Assembly: GCF_011745625.1 (NCBI RefSeq)
Contig: NW_027191467.1
Coordinates: 1-64,000 of the forward strand
Reading direction: 5' to 3'
Source of the DNA: Cladosporium halotolerans
Lineage: Eukaryota
Length of the DNA stretch: 64,000 bases
Of the stretch, positions 1 to 12,418 are shown one piece after another (position 1 is the stretch's first letter; each line of letters opens with the position of its first letter). The translations under genes and the position numbers were made by a program. A model generated the notes under the pieces. It had not been told where the DNA came from. It saw only the letters and a program-made list of their open reading frames with translations, and did no database searches.

Positions 1-189
1 GGGGGGGGTCACCAAGATGATCGGCGACGTGTTTGCTTAATGGAGATTTTGCAGATACGAAGTGAGAGCTTTGTTAGTGTAACAGGCATTTCCGAAACTG
101 TGCACCATCTGTGTTCATACCAGTCTTTGTGTTGCCCTGTAGAATTACGAAGTTGGCGGAGCACTTTGTGAAACTGGATTGACCCGATG

Positions 190-204
190 ATCTGATAAGA
201 TAAG
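190..204 (+). promoter_or_regulatory. Candidate GATA/SreA-type element (ATCTGATAA followed by a second GATAAG) upstream of ATM1
   Basis: ATCTGATAAGATAAG at 190-204 matches the ATCWGATAA consensus of fungal iron-responsive GATA repressors; lies ~220 nt upstream of the ATM1 ATG. Confidence 0.35.
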
Positions 205-422
205 AGCTTTCCACTATCTCACGCACGCCATGGCCCACCAGCGCGACAACCTACCTTCATGGGCAACCTTCGTGGTTTATCCCTCACGCTATTGCGCTTC
301 CAATTACTTTACTATATTGTTGATCTGTGGTCAGGAGCTACCTTCGACCACGCCGATTGAGTGCAACGCGCCAGGACGACCATCTCTGAACGACCTCTTG
401 CACACGACACGAGACTTGCAAC

Positions 423-2610
423 ATGTTAGCCAGCCGGCTGCTTCTGCGGCCTGGCTTGGTACCCTGCTCTCTCCATGGCGCGCAGACATTGCGCGCGCGA
501 CCATCGCCTTCATTGATCTTTGACTCGTCTCGGCGGGTCTTCGCATCTACACCGCACCACAGGAAGGATGACGCTCAAGCGCGGACGGTTCAGCTTGAGG
601 TAGAGAAACGCAATGCAGACGACGGTGCGAAGGTAAAGGCGAAGACTGCACACCCGGCTGCGCCTACGACAAAAGGTGGCCCACTGCTCGCTGAGCAGAC
701 GGTGTCGAATAAAGAGCAGAGGAAAGCAGACTGGGCGATCATTAAGGACATGGCGCATTATCTGTGGCCCAAAAATGACTTTAGCACCCGTTTTCGTGTT
801 GGCTTGAGTGTTGGCCTTCTCGTAGGCGCAAAGGTTAGCTGCCCTGGTGTTTTCGTTGGCCCGAAACATAAGTTGATAGATTGTCATGTAGGTCCTCAAT
901 GTCCAGATTCCATTCTACTTCAAGACGATTGTCGACTCAATGAACATTGATGCCGCCGCGGTTGGTGGCACAGCAATGACTGTGGCCGGATCGGCGATCT
1001 TCGCGTACGGTCTGACAAGAATCGGCGCAACTGTATTTCAGGAACTGCGCAACGCTGTCTTTGCAAGCGTTGCCCAAAAAGCTATTCGACGGGTGGCAGC
1101 TAATGTCTTCGAGCATTTGCTGAAACTCGACTTGAACTTCCATCTTTCTCGACAGACGGGAGGTTTGACTCGTGCCATTGACCGAGGTTCCAAAGGCATT
1201 AATTTCCTCCTGACAAGCATGGTCTTCCACATCATCCCGACCGCATTGGAAATCAGTCTCGTATGCGGCATTCTCACCTACCAGTTTGGATTCAAATTTG
1301 CGCTGGCTACTGTTGGTACTATGCTCGCCTACTCGGCCTTCACGATCATGACTACTGCATGGAGAACCAAGTTCAGGAAGCAGGCCAACGCGGCGGACAA
1401 CAAAGGTGCAACGGTGGCAGTGGACAGCTTGATCAACTACGAAGCTGTCAAATACTTCAACAACGAGAAGTTTGAGGTCGGTCGCTACGATGCTGCGTTG
1501 CACAAGTACCAAGACGCGAGCATCAAAGTCGCTACTTCGCTTGCGTACCTGAACAGTGGTCAGAACCTGATCTTTTCGACCGCATTGACAGGCATGATGT
1601 ACATGGCCGCTCAAGGCGTTGCATCGGGAGGTCTTTCGGTTGGCGACCTCGTCCTGGTTAACCAGCTCGTCTTTCAACTGAGCGTGCCGCTCAACTTTCT
1701 CGGCTCTGTCTACCGCGAGCTGCGACAAAGTCTTCTCGACATGGAGACTCTATTCAACCTGCAGAAGGTCAACGTCGCTATCAAGGAACCGAAGGACGCG
1801 AAGCCTCTGCTGCTGAATAAAGGCGGCGAGATCCGCTTCGAGAATGTCACTTTCGGATACCGCGAGGACCGCCCCATCTTGCGCAACATGAACCTCACTA
1901 TCCCGGCTGGCAAAAAGGTTGCTATAGTCGGGCCTTCCGGCTGCGGCAAATCGACCATTTTGCGACTCTTGTTCCGATTCTACGACGTGCAAGAAGGGCG
2001 CATCACGATCGATGGCCAAGACATCCGAGAAGTGACCCTCGAAAGCCTGCGGAAGAGCATTGGTGTCGTGCCGCAAGACACTTCGCTATTCAACGACACG
2101 ATCGAGCACAACATCCGCTACGGCAACATCGATGCTGGTGACGATGCTGTCCGAGCAGCGGCCAAGCGCGCCAAGATTCACGACATCATTGAGTCTTTCC
2201 CGGATGGCTACAAGACAATGGTCGGCGAGCGCGGTATGATGATCTCCGGCGGTGAGAAGCAGCGTCTTGCGATCTCACGCTTGGTGATGAAGGATCCTCC
2301 TCTTCTATTCTTTGACGAGGCTACGAGCGCTCTAGACACGCATACCGAGCAGGGTCTGCTGCACAACATCAACTCTGTCATCAAGGAGAAGGCGCGTACA
2401 AGTGTCTTTGTGGCCCACAGACTGCGGACAATCTACGACAGCGACGTGATCATTGTTCTCAAGGACGGGAGCGTTGCTGAGCAAGGCACGCACGAGACGC
2501 TGGTCGACAGCGATGGTATTTATTCCGAGCTGTGGAGTGCGCAGGAAATGCTGTTTTCCGAGGAGGAGATGGCACAGCAGGAAAAGGAGAAAGCCGAACA
2601 GAAGAAGTAG
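423..2610 (+). CDS. ATM1: Mitochondrial ABC half-transporter for Fe-S cluster precursor export (Atm1/ABCB7); exons 423-833, 892-2610
   Basis: Arg-rich presequence; intron 834-891 (GTTAGC..TAG) joins [19 protein letters not shown] domain, Walker [10 protein letters not shown], signature ISGGEKQR, Walker [13 protein letters not shown]. Confidence 0.96.
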
Positions 2611-2740
2611 CTTATGTTTGTATACTTCGAGTTGTACGTATCGAGTTTCCAGGAAGTAAATTTGAACCTCACGCCCATTGTCAAAGGCCAGACACGAACA
2701 AAGAAATCGAATCAATCTCTGAACAATTGCACACTGGTTC

Positions 2741-2840
2741 ACTATAGATTAGCATACCCTAGATTGGTAAACTCTAGACTGATATACTCTAGACTGGGAT
2801 GCTCTAGGCTGGCGCACTGGAGTCTGGAGTATTCTTAGCT
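2741..2840. repeat. Degenerate 15-bp tandem repeat, 6-7 copies (consensus ~ACTCTAGACTGGNAT)
   Basis: actatagattagcat/accctagattggtaa/actctagactgatat/actctagactgggat/gctctaggctggcgc/actggagtctggagt. Confidence 0.75.
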
Positions 2841-3259
2841 CAGCTACCGTGACCCGTCAACAATCCCGATAGAGATCGAAGCTGGGAACGAGCGTAAACA
2901 ACTCGGACCGAGAAGAATCAGTTGGAGCGAGACTCGGAACGAGACTGTCCCAGTAGCCCTAACGCTTCGACTTTGACATGTCAGCCTGTAATAGCATACT
3001 AAATCCAAATCACATGCTCAGAAGGATCACATGGCCACGAGCCACGAGGGCATCAGGTTGTTAGCTTAGGCAGGCCTCTGAATCCCTCCACTCTTCTGTC
3101 CCCTCCATCCTAATCACATCGTCGCACATCTGCTTTACCGCTCTACACGTCGTACACGGAATACCGCTATTCTTGCCGTGAGTTATCCACATATCCTTCA
3201 TACTACGATGAATTGGGTTTACTAAATCTCAACAGCTTATTCTACTCACTATCGTCAAC

Positions 3260-3809
3260 ATGGCTGACAAAAAACATGATCATTACGCAGTCCTTGGGAT
3301 TGAGCACGGAGCCACTGCCCAAGACATTAATCGCGCTTATAAGCGTGCTGCCGCTAAAGCTCATCCAGATAAAGGAGGCACCCATGAGAAGATGATCGCG
3401 GTAATTCAATCGTCATACCAACTCCGGACTTTCATATACCAGGTTCTCAGTATCGCTATAGGTCACCGCGGCTCGCGACGCGCTGCTTGGCTCTGGAGGC
3501 GAGGATAGCGGCATTGAGGACGACGGCGAAGCCGCAACCGACGATGATCCGGAGACTACTGATTTTGGAGAAGATGATGAAGGGTACTTCGAAGGCGAGG
3601 ACGGCTTTTCCGACGGAGACTACGTCGAAGGCGCCGAAGATGAGGGAGAGTGCGATAGCGATTACGGATACGGCGATTTGGAGGAGACTGGCGGAAACTA
3701 CAAGGTGGTCATCGAAGGAGGAGGTGAGGTTTCTCTTGAATACCACGAGCAGATCTGTGGCTGCGACCTTGATGATGAGAGTTCCGTTCATTATCTTTCG
3801 GGTGAGTAG
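3260..3809 (+). CDS. Small J-domain (DnaJ class C) protein with acidic Gly/Asp/Glu-rich tail; exons 3260-3400, 3462-3809
   Basis: DHYAVLGI...[18 protein letters not shown] (HPD motif); intron 3401-3461 (GTAATT..TAG) restores helix [12 protein letters not shown]; frame open to TAG at 3807-3809. Confidence 0.75.
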
Positions 3810-4309
3810 AGGCTGAGGGCGGTCTGGCCAAGCTCTACGGAGATGGCTTCAACGCTGAATTGGGTAGGGCGCCTTCGCTGAAGCGACTTTGATACAACCC
3901 CGATTGTTAACCTGCTTTCAAACGCAGATTGTCATTGTATCGACTGCATTAGTCAATAGCCAGCTAAATGACTGGTCCGACTGACAACGCAATCGCAATT
4001 TGGAAGGGGTTTGCAATATGTAACGTCTGCTATGAAAGGATTGTCATGAAATCAGTGCAAGCATGGTGTTCTTTCAATCTGCATCATACTGGGCAGCTTC
4101 GATGTAGTTACGAACATTATATTCGACAAACGTACCTGTGCTGCAAGAACATGGATTGTTTCGCTGACGTTCAGACAAGGTGCGTCAACCAATCAGAGCA
4201 GCGCTAGCGGCTGACCAGCATCGTCGAAGCGCGGCAACTTTGAGAGTTTCGATGCGAGCAGCCCCAATGCCGACTGCACCTCGCCCGCCACATACACACC
4301 ACCACAACA

Positions 4310-5343
4310 ATGGCCTCTAAACTCGCTCCTTGGGCCTTCAGAAGCAGCGCGCGCGTCCTGCGCACCGCCTCGCGACAGCAGCAGCGCCAGTTCCGCGTGT
4401 CCGCCGCGCCCCGGAGCGACACCTTGAACGTGGTATGTCCTCCTTGCGCCCCCAGGATCACACCTCGCCCATACTCCGTTCTAACCACGCCTCTCGCAGC
4501 ACCGCGACACCCCCGACAACAACCTCAACATCCCCTTCAAGTTCAACGCCCAGAATGAGAAGCTCATCCAGGAAGTGCTGTCCCGCTACCCCAGCCAGTA
4601 CAAGAAGGCCGCCGTCATGCCTCTGCTCGACCTCGGCCAGAGGCAGCACGGCTTCACCAGCATCAGCGTCATGAACGAGGTCGCGCGCATCCTCGAGATG
4701 CCGCCCATGCGCGTCTACGAGGTCGCCACTTTCTACACCATGTACAACCGCAACCCCGTGGGCAGGTTCCACGTTCAGTGCTGCACAACGGTACGTTGAA
4801 GAGCTATGGAGGAGAGGATACACCACTTTGTAAGAACTGGACACTGACGAATGCTCTGCACAGACCCCTTGCCAGCTCAAGGGCAGCGACGGCATCATGA
4901 AGGCCATCGAGGAGCAGCTCGGCGTGCACCCGGGCCAGACGACCGAGGACAAGATGTTCACCTTCACCGAAGTCGAGTGCCTCGGCGCCTGCGTGAACGC
5001 GCCCATGGTCCAGATCAACGACGACTACTTCGAGGACCTGACGCCCGAGACGACCAAGTCACTGCTGGTAGCGCTGAAGGAGGCGGCCGAGAAGACCGGC
5101 GCCGGAGGAATGGCGCCCGGCCTGCCCGGCATGAGCGGTCAGGACGAGGTTTCGGGCCCCGGCGGCGAGGGCAAGCAGATCCCCGAGCAAGGCAGAGGAT
5201 ACGCGGCGCAGGGCGCGAAGCTCCCGGCTCCTGGTCCCTTCAGCGGCAGGAAGACCTGCGAGCCTAGCCATGGCCTGACGAGCTTGACTGACGTCAAGGA
5301 GTGGGACCCCAAGCTTATGAGGACGGACGGTGAGCTCGACTAG
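4310..5343 (+). CDS. NUO24: NADH:ubiquinone oxidoreductase 24-kDa subunit (NDUFV2/NuoE homolog); exons 4310-4432, 4500-4790, 4864-5343
   Basis: Mitochondrial presequence; [31 protein letters not shown]; 2Fe-2S cysteines CTTTPCQL and [11 protein letters not shown]; two canonical introns. Confidence 0.95.
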
Positions 5344-6263
5344 ACTTGTATATACTGTAGCATACCGGCACGTACTTAGATTCCCTTTGCCTGTTCATTG
5401 ACTGTTTCCTACCGCTTAGACGCGAAAGGATGAAATGGCACAGCGAGCTTGTTCATGCCGCAAAAGACGCCATCAGAGCTCAGTCTATATGTGAGAACGT
5501 TTGGGTGCATTTCGCTAATAGAAATACACAAGCCACCATCTGCAGCATGGGGAGAGATATGTAAGCGATCAGTCACGTGACCTGGAGGTCAGACATCGAT
5601 TTGCATTTGCAGTGCAGCAGCATAATATCAATCTAAGATGACAGACAAAGATGTTGACAGCGGAATCTCGATACACAATTCATTTCATTCGATTCGCTTA
5701 CTCTGCCTCTCCACACCCACCTATGCACACCTCTTCAGCCACCGCTGAGTCTCCCTAACAAGCTCCAATCATCAAGAACACAATTCGAAAAGAGTTTCCT
5801 AGGGAAAACTTGAAGAAGACAAGGAAATCCCATTTCCGTCCGTTATTTCCCCCACCGCTCTTCTTAAAACAAGAAACCCCGTCCGTCCGTCCGTACTAGC
5901 CCTGCCCGATCCCGGTCCCAGATTCAAGGAGACAAGAAAAAAAGAGTTCGAGGGCGCCCTGCCTTTCTGTACAGTTCACAAATAGAAAGGGGAGAAGAAG
6001 AGGAGGTCGAGACAAAAGGGAATTCAAAATAACGAGTAAGTGTGGTGTGCGCGCGCGCTCGTAGCCTGTGCAGCTTTCTTCTTTGGTGTAATCAACGCGA
6101 GTGACTGAGACGTGACGCTGCGTGCAATTCGTTGGGCGTGATGTAATGGTGGGGTATCCAAGGAGGTCGAGATGGGAGGCGATGTAGATGGGAGCGAGGC
6201 CGCTGTGCTCGCGCGCTGTGATGCGATGCAGGTGTATGCCACGCCGGGATGCGAATGCCAGGA

Positions 6264-8554
6264 TCATCGTTCCACCCGCGGCCAGCTGTTCATCCAGCCC
6301 ATCAAGCACACGCCCAGCACGACTACCAGCGCCGCGCCCGTGAGTGGTCGGCCGTGGTACGTTAGCGCACTCTCATGTGGTGCGCTGACCGTTGCTGTTC
6401 CGCCCTTGCCTTCCGCTGCGGTGCTGGGTACTCCTAGGACCTCCTGGTTCAGGAACTGCTGAAGGATTCGTGCCTGCTCTGGAGTAATGGCTTGGCCTTC
6501 TTGGATGTCGGCCCTCTCTAGTAGTGAGATGACAGTGGGTGCTGGGGAGACGGCGTGGCCGTTTTGTCCCTCGGACTTCTGACTGCGTGTAGGTGATCTA
6601 GTTTTGGATGAGCCGCGGCGTGATCGGGAGGCAGTGCGAGCTTCTTCAGCTGCGTTTTCGGCACGCTTTTGTTCCACCAATCCTGCAAGACTGGTGCGCG
6701 CTTCGTCCCGCTCCGTTTCGGCGGTCTCTGCGCGCAAGCGGTAGGATTCCATCTGCTGCTTCATCTCATCCATGCTGATTTGGAGACGCTCCAGCTGAGT
6801 GTGAAGGTCGGGGGGACTTGAGGTTGCCGCGTCAGCGGCAGGAGCTCTAGACTGTGGAGAATCATGTTTCTCTTCTTCTTCGGTTGTTTCAGGTGAAGCT
6901 TCTGTTCGATCGCTGCTCTCAAGCCGGAGGGCACGTGACTCTGCGCTTTCCCTTGCAAGACGCTCGTGAGCGAGCTGAGTCTCTAGTCCCTTCATGCGCT
7001 CTGCTTGGCTGCTCAGCTCGCCTTTGGCGAGCTTCAGCTCCTCGCACAATCTCAGGATATCGCTAGAATGGTCCATACGTGTAGGCGAGCTGTTTGCTGA
7101 AGAGGGGCGGGTCGATTCGGCCCGCTTGAGCAGTGGTTGGATGAGTGGATCAGCGAGGGCTTTTGCTACATCCGGCTTTTCGGGGAGAGGTGCTTGCGGT
7201 GGCGGCGCAGGAGGGTCCAGAAATTGAGTCTTGAGGTCTGACTTCTGCTTAACTGGCGAAGGGCGGGCCTTTTCTGAAGTCTTTTTCGGCTCTTTCTCAG
7301 AAGGCTTCGCTTCGCCCCCAAGCATGGCTTCAATGCATTTCCGTGCGCGGGCGAGGTCCTGGGACTGTTGCATGGCGAGCTTCATCTCGGCCTGGCAGAT
7401 ATTAGTCTCATCCGGACAGGTTGCGGATTCAGAGTACTTACATTCAACTTCCGCACAATGTGCTCCGTGGTGATGGGGTTCAGCCAGTTCCGTACATGCG
7501 CGGGCTGACCCATGACCTGTCCGTTCATCCCTGCCTGCCCATTCATATTCACGGGACCTCTTCCATTTAAGCTTCCCTGGCTGCCATTTCGCTTCAAGTT
7601 CTGGCCATTCACCATCATTCCCCCTCCAGAGCTTGGATCCAGATCGCCAAAGTTAAGGGTGTCATTACCCTGGCCGTAGACTCCAGCATGCTCGACCTTG
7701 GCGGCAACTTTATGGTGTACAACCGTTTTCTGGTCCTCGCTTACGATATCAATGCCGAGCTCCAGGACGTCTTGCTCTCTCAACTCTCTCGGTTCGGACT
7801 CCTTATTCTCCTGACTCAACCGCATACCGTTGACAAATGTGCCGTTGCTGCTCTTGACATCCTTGATGAAGATCCGACCTTGGCGATCCGCGTACACCTC
7901 GGCATGTTGGCGAGACAGGACCTTCGAGTCGAAATATCCGTTTAGCGCTGAGGGTACAGTCTTCTGATTGGTTTGTCGCCCGATCCGCAGAACCTCAGGG
8001 AAATATGGCACGGTTATAGTCTTCCGGTCGAATGTGCCATTGATGGGAAGCAAGTGGAGGATGGCGGGCGGCTCGGCTTGTTGCTGATTGCGCATAGACC
8101 CATTGGTCTGCGCCGTACCGTTAGCCATTTGTTGCGAAGGGAGCATTGGAGCGTGTAATGCGGATATGGCGGATGACGCGGTGGCACCGGACGTCGCAGA
8201 GCTCACGGCTTGCGGCCGCGCAGTTGTGATTCCAGTAGCAGGTTCGGCCTTGCCAGGTGGCCAGAGTCCCCTTGTCGGCTTCTTTCGCACTGCCCAGCTT
8301 CCTGATTCTCCTGAAGATACGCTCGTACCGTTTGTTTGCGCCGATGACGCGGATATGGTGGATGTGGATGAGTTGGTAGAGGCGAGCGACGACGACGAGT
8401 TCTGTCTCTGGGCGGTTTTGCGCGGAGCAGAAGCGAACATTTTAGTGGCTTCGTCGTTGTTCATGGCGGCGAAACCGTTCTCTTCACCCCCGTTGCCATT
8501 CCATCCTATCTTGCTGTTCTGTTGGAAGGACAAGGGTGGAGCGACAGCCGTCAT
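6264..8554 (-). CDS. FHA-domain, coiled-coil, tail-anchored protein (Vps64/Far9/Far10/SLMAP family, STRIPAK component); intron 7392-7441
   Basis: FHA motifs LRIGRQTN, FDSKVLSRQHA, DVKSSNGTFVN; GTAAGT..CAG intron joins the two ORFs; coiled coils and C-terminal TM helix GAALVVVLGVCLMGWMN. Confidence 0.9.
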
Positions 8555-9377
8555 TGGAAGCGTGAGTACGTTCGCGACGCTTGTGACGCGGATGTCGAGG
8601 TCGCGATGGGGACGGGTCGGAGTGCTGTAAGTCGGCCCTTGTTGTTATTCCGGCAGCGCGCGTCCTACTCCTTCCGTTGTGCAGCCGGCTTTGTTCCAGA
8701 AGGCAGGATCAGAGTACAGACCGGCGCCCAGGCAAGGTCGGGCCGCCTGCATGTGCTGGTCGCGTGGTGATGCGTGGACGGTCGAGCTGCGATGCTTTGG
8801 GCACGGATCAGGTGGTCGTGTGCGGCGTCTTGCGGAGGTGAACAGGCGGTCTGTGGGCGGCGGTTTCAGGGTCGCTCAAGGCTCGCGACTGGGTGCGATG
8901 GCCAGATATGACGGCGGAGGGCGGCGATGCGGCGGCGAGATGGCGAGATGGGCTCGTGGTCGAGGGGCGGGCGGCGGGATGGGACGGAATGTTTCGCTAA
9001 GGTGCTGCTCATCAGCTCGAAAGGGAGGCAGGCTGCTTCGCAGAAGCCGCACGGGCAGCGGCAGCACTGCAAGCGAGCGGCTACACCACCAGTCGAGGAC
9101 GGCCTCAGTGCATCGAGTCGGCGGCGGCAGGTGACAGATTGCAGGAGACAGCGGTGCAGTGACTGACGACGTGGGAATACGAGAGTCGCCGTTGATTTCT
9201 TCACTGCGCCCACACGGCCTGCTGCCCTGCTGCGGTGTTGTCCCGCGTGAACTCTGTCGTCTACTCCACATTTGGCGATTGGCCGAGGCTTCGTCGCCGA
9301 CTTCACCTGCTGTAGAACAGCTAGAGCCCAGCGAGCATTTACTCAAATACCAAGTAATACATATTTTTGCGTGCAAT

Positions 9378-9901
9378 ATGCCTCCCGTCGCAGCTAGTGC
9401 CGGCGGTGCCGGTGGCCAGTCCACCTTTGACAAGAGTAGGCATCCTCTGGCGCGGGAGCACAACCATAGACGAGAGCTGATTCCTTCGCAGTGAAGATGG
9501 GCGGCATGATGGGTGGCTGTTAGTTTTCAGACGACCTAGCGAGTAGTTACGTGCCAGTACTCACCATTCTCTAGCTGTCGGCCTGATTATTGGCTTCATC
9601 TTCGGTGCAACCAACATCATCCGCTTCGGTCCCGGCCCCAACGGCATGATGAGGACTCTGGGCCAGTACATGCTGGGTTCCGCGGCCACTTTCGGGTATG
9701 CCACTTGCGAAGCTTTCCAAACCTGATTGCCTTAAATGCTAACATCTCTGTAGCTTTTTTATGTCGATCGGTACAACAATTCGAACCGAAAGCTCTCCCA
9801 TCATGACCGCAGCCTTCGCCCAGGCCCAGGCCAACCATGGCTCTCCCGTTATCATGAAGAAGCAGTGGCAGCAGAGGATGAAGCAGGCGCGGGAGGAGTA
9901 G
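9378..9901 (+). CDS. MGR2: Mgr2/Romo1 TIM23-associated small inner-membrane protein; introns 9436-9491, 9519-9574, 9696-9753
   Basis: Not in the ORF track. Manual splicing gives MPPVAASAGGAGGQSTFDKMKMGGMMGGSVGLIIGFIFGATNIIRFGPGPNGMMRTLGQYMLGSAATFGFFMSIGTTIRTE..., the Romo1/Mgr2 signature. Confidence 0.92.
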
Positions 9902-10380
9902 GCGAACTCGGAGGCGAAGACTGCGTTGGGAAGCCCGACTGTACAAAAATCAAATACCCGGAGGACCGAAGTCAGTAAGGTCAAGGAGGCTGCTTGTAAA
10001 ATATTACGAACAATGGGATGATCCAAGAAGCTCGCTATGTTTTCTCTCGTTCATCCGCTTTCCGTGTGTGCTTTTGTCCACGAGATCCATGAAACGGAAG
10101 CTTTCATTCTACGCTGACCTCAATCGCTTCGTTGGTCGCCTAGCAGACTTCACTTACGTCCGGCGATCGCGCCTTCCTCGCGAAACGCAAGCGCGCGACT
10201 GCTTCCCTCCGGTGGTCACCACAACAAACAACAACAGCCGCAGCAGCCACAGCAACAACAACACCACAAGCCAATTTCGACAGACTTTGCGTGACACCAC
10301 CTTCTTCCCCATCCAGCTCCCTCTCACATAACATCACTCTTCCTCACCAATTTCGATCATCAGCCCATACCATACTCATC

Positions 10381-11630
10381 ATGGCGTACTGGAATTTTGA
10401 TCAGCACAATCCATCGTATGATCCCCACCCGCCCGTTGACTTTGTCAACAGCGGTGGTGATAATGCGTACCCGGCTGAGAGCTATGCGAGGCGCCTCAGC
10501 ATACTGGAGATGGCCCACCAGGACCAAATGCGAGTCAATAATGAGCAGAAGATAACGAACTTCGAGTTCCTTGTTGCCCATCAGGACCAAATGCAAGTCA
10601 ATCATGAGCAGAAGATAACCGACTCCGAGTTCCGTGTTGCCCACCAGGACCAACTGGAAGTCAATCATGAGCAGAAGGTGACCAACGCCAAGCTCCGCAT
10701 TGATTTGACCGAGACCAAGGGTATCCAGAGAAAGCGCCGCGAGGATTGCCTCGACATGTACCTCGAAGGGCACACGTACAGCCTTGAGGGGCATAAGAAG
10801 GCGCATGCGCTCTACAAGAAGGTTGACAGCAAAGTCGACGCACACCATGAGAAGCTCGAGTGAGTTTGCTCACAATTCGCTCCACGAGTGAGACCCGACT
10901 GACAGTTTGCAGGTATTTGCTCAAGCGAATCAAGGATCTGGAGGATCATGTTGCTGCCCAAGCAGGCGTTGCCACCACTGATGCCCATGCCACAGGCACA
11001 GATGGTGGCCCAACCCCAGCCTCTGCATCCGCTGACGATCTAATGACCTTCTCCACTGTCACCAATGATCCTGAGGCTTCAATCGGGCCGGACGGGCACC
11101 CGGCCGACGCCCTCGCAGGTCCTCAGCAGGCTAAAACTCCCGTGCCTGTCAAGACTATGCTTTCTCATGTGGACCCTTCTGTGAACACGCAGCATATTGC
11201 TCAGCATGGGAAAAAGGCTGTCAGGTTCCAGCTCGGCGAAGGCAGCATCCTTCAGGCCGGTGACGCTCTTTTTTCGCCGGCTCCGCCAGCTTTGGGAGTC
11301 ACGCCACAGACACACAAGATCCCATCGCTCGCGAAGTCTGGTACCCAGAAGAACGCCGCAGCCCTTGACAAGTTCAAGCTCGGTCGCCTGGGTGAGGCAG
11401 CCCGCGACAATGACGAGGAGAGCGAGTACTCTGCCACGATCTCGAGCACTCCTGGTCTCGTGGGTCCGCCATCCCAAACCAGCCTCGTCAAGCCCACCAT
11501 TGCGGCTCTGCAGGCGTCTTCCAAGATGCCAAACACGCCCCTCGCAGAGACTCCCGCGGAGAGCGCTCTCGTCGAGCCAAAGACTATGAACGCGAAGAAG
11601 ACGAGGGAGTGGGTTCTCAACAGCAACTGA
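10381..11630 (+). CDS. Hypothetical protein with three 21-aa tandem repeats, coiled coil and disordered C-terminus; intron 10860-10912
   Basis: Two long ORFs joined in frame by a GTGAGT..CTGAC..CAG intron (KLE|YLLKR); coding-like codon usage; no family recognised. Confidence 0.7.
10513..10701 (+). repeat. 63-bp coding tandem repeat x3 (AHQDQMxVNxEQKITxxEFxV)
   Basis: Units start at 10513, 10576 and 10639, each gcccaYcaggaccaa...aatcatgagcagaag-like. Confidence 0.85.
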
Positions 11631-11893
11631 ATGTGGAGAGTTTGGAGAAACTCGATGGTGGATTGGGTTGCTGCTTTGAAGATCGTCTTGCGGTTGCTGG
11701 TTGCTTGGTCACCTTTTCTCTTTTTGGAGCTACAGAGATTGATTGGTTCGAGGCGGAAAGAACTCGATGATGGATTGAATGTTTTTGCTTGGAAGCTGTT
11801 TGTTTAATTGATAGTAACTTGAACTCTTGGTTCTTGAGTGCTTGGATGTTTTCTTGCTTTCTGCGCTTCTTGCTAAATACAAGGACTGTGGTC

Positions 11894-12418
11894 TCAAGCT
11901 AAAGGCGGATGCGCATCTGATACATCGTCGAGATCGGTTTCGCCAATGCTACAGCATACAAGTACGGCGTTGACTTCTTCAAATGGCACGCGGACCATCT
12001 TGTATTCATGCTCGTCTTCAGGTTTCACTGTATGCATGACGAGAGCGCGCCTATCTTGAAGGGACTTGTCATCGATGATGGCGCAGTAGTCGAGCCCAAG
12101 TAGAGTATTATCAAGCTCATATCTCAAGACCTTCGCCACCTCCTCTGGGCTCTTACTGAGAAACGGTGGCGAGAAGTCGACCTTCCAAGGCGGTCTGGAA
12201 GGCGTCTTCATCGGTCCACCTCCTTGAGTCTTCACACGCATTCCTCTGGCAATCTCTTCTTTAGAAGGTTTAGACTCATCATGCTGATATGCTGCTCTAT
12301 CTCGAGATGTGATTATGCAGAGTCCTTGCGAGGCTTCCGGATAGCCTTCATAGCTGGTTCGGAGGAAGTCATCGATGAATTTGGGGTCCACGGCCGCTGT
12401 GCACACGACGGGGAACAT
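11894..12418 (-). CDS. Hypothetical 174-aa protein
   Basis: Single-exon ATG-started ORF with globular-looking composition (YCAIIDDKSLQDRRALVMH; RVPFEEVNAVLVCCSIG); family not identified. Confidence 0.6.
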   Translation of the reverse strand: MFPVVCTAAVDPKFIDDFLRTSYEGYPEASQGLCIITSRDRAAYQHDESKPSKEEIARGMRVKTQGGGPMKTPSRPPWKVDFSPPFLSKSPEEVAKVLRYELDNTLLGLDYCAIIDDKSLQDRRALVMHTVKPEDEHEYKMVRVPFEEVNAVLVCCSIGETDLDDVSDAHPPLA

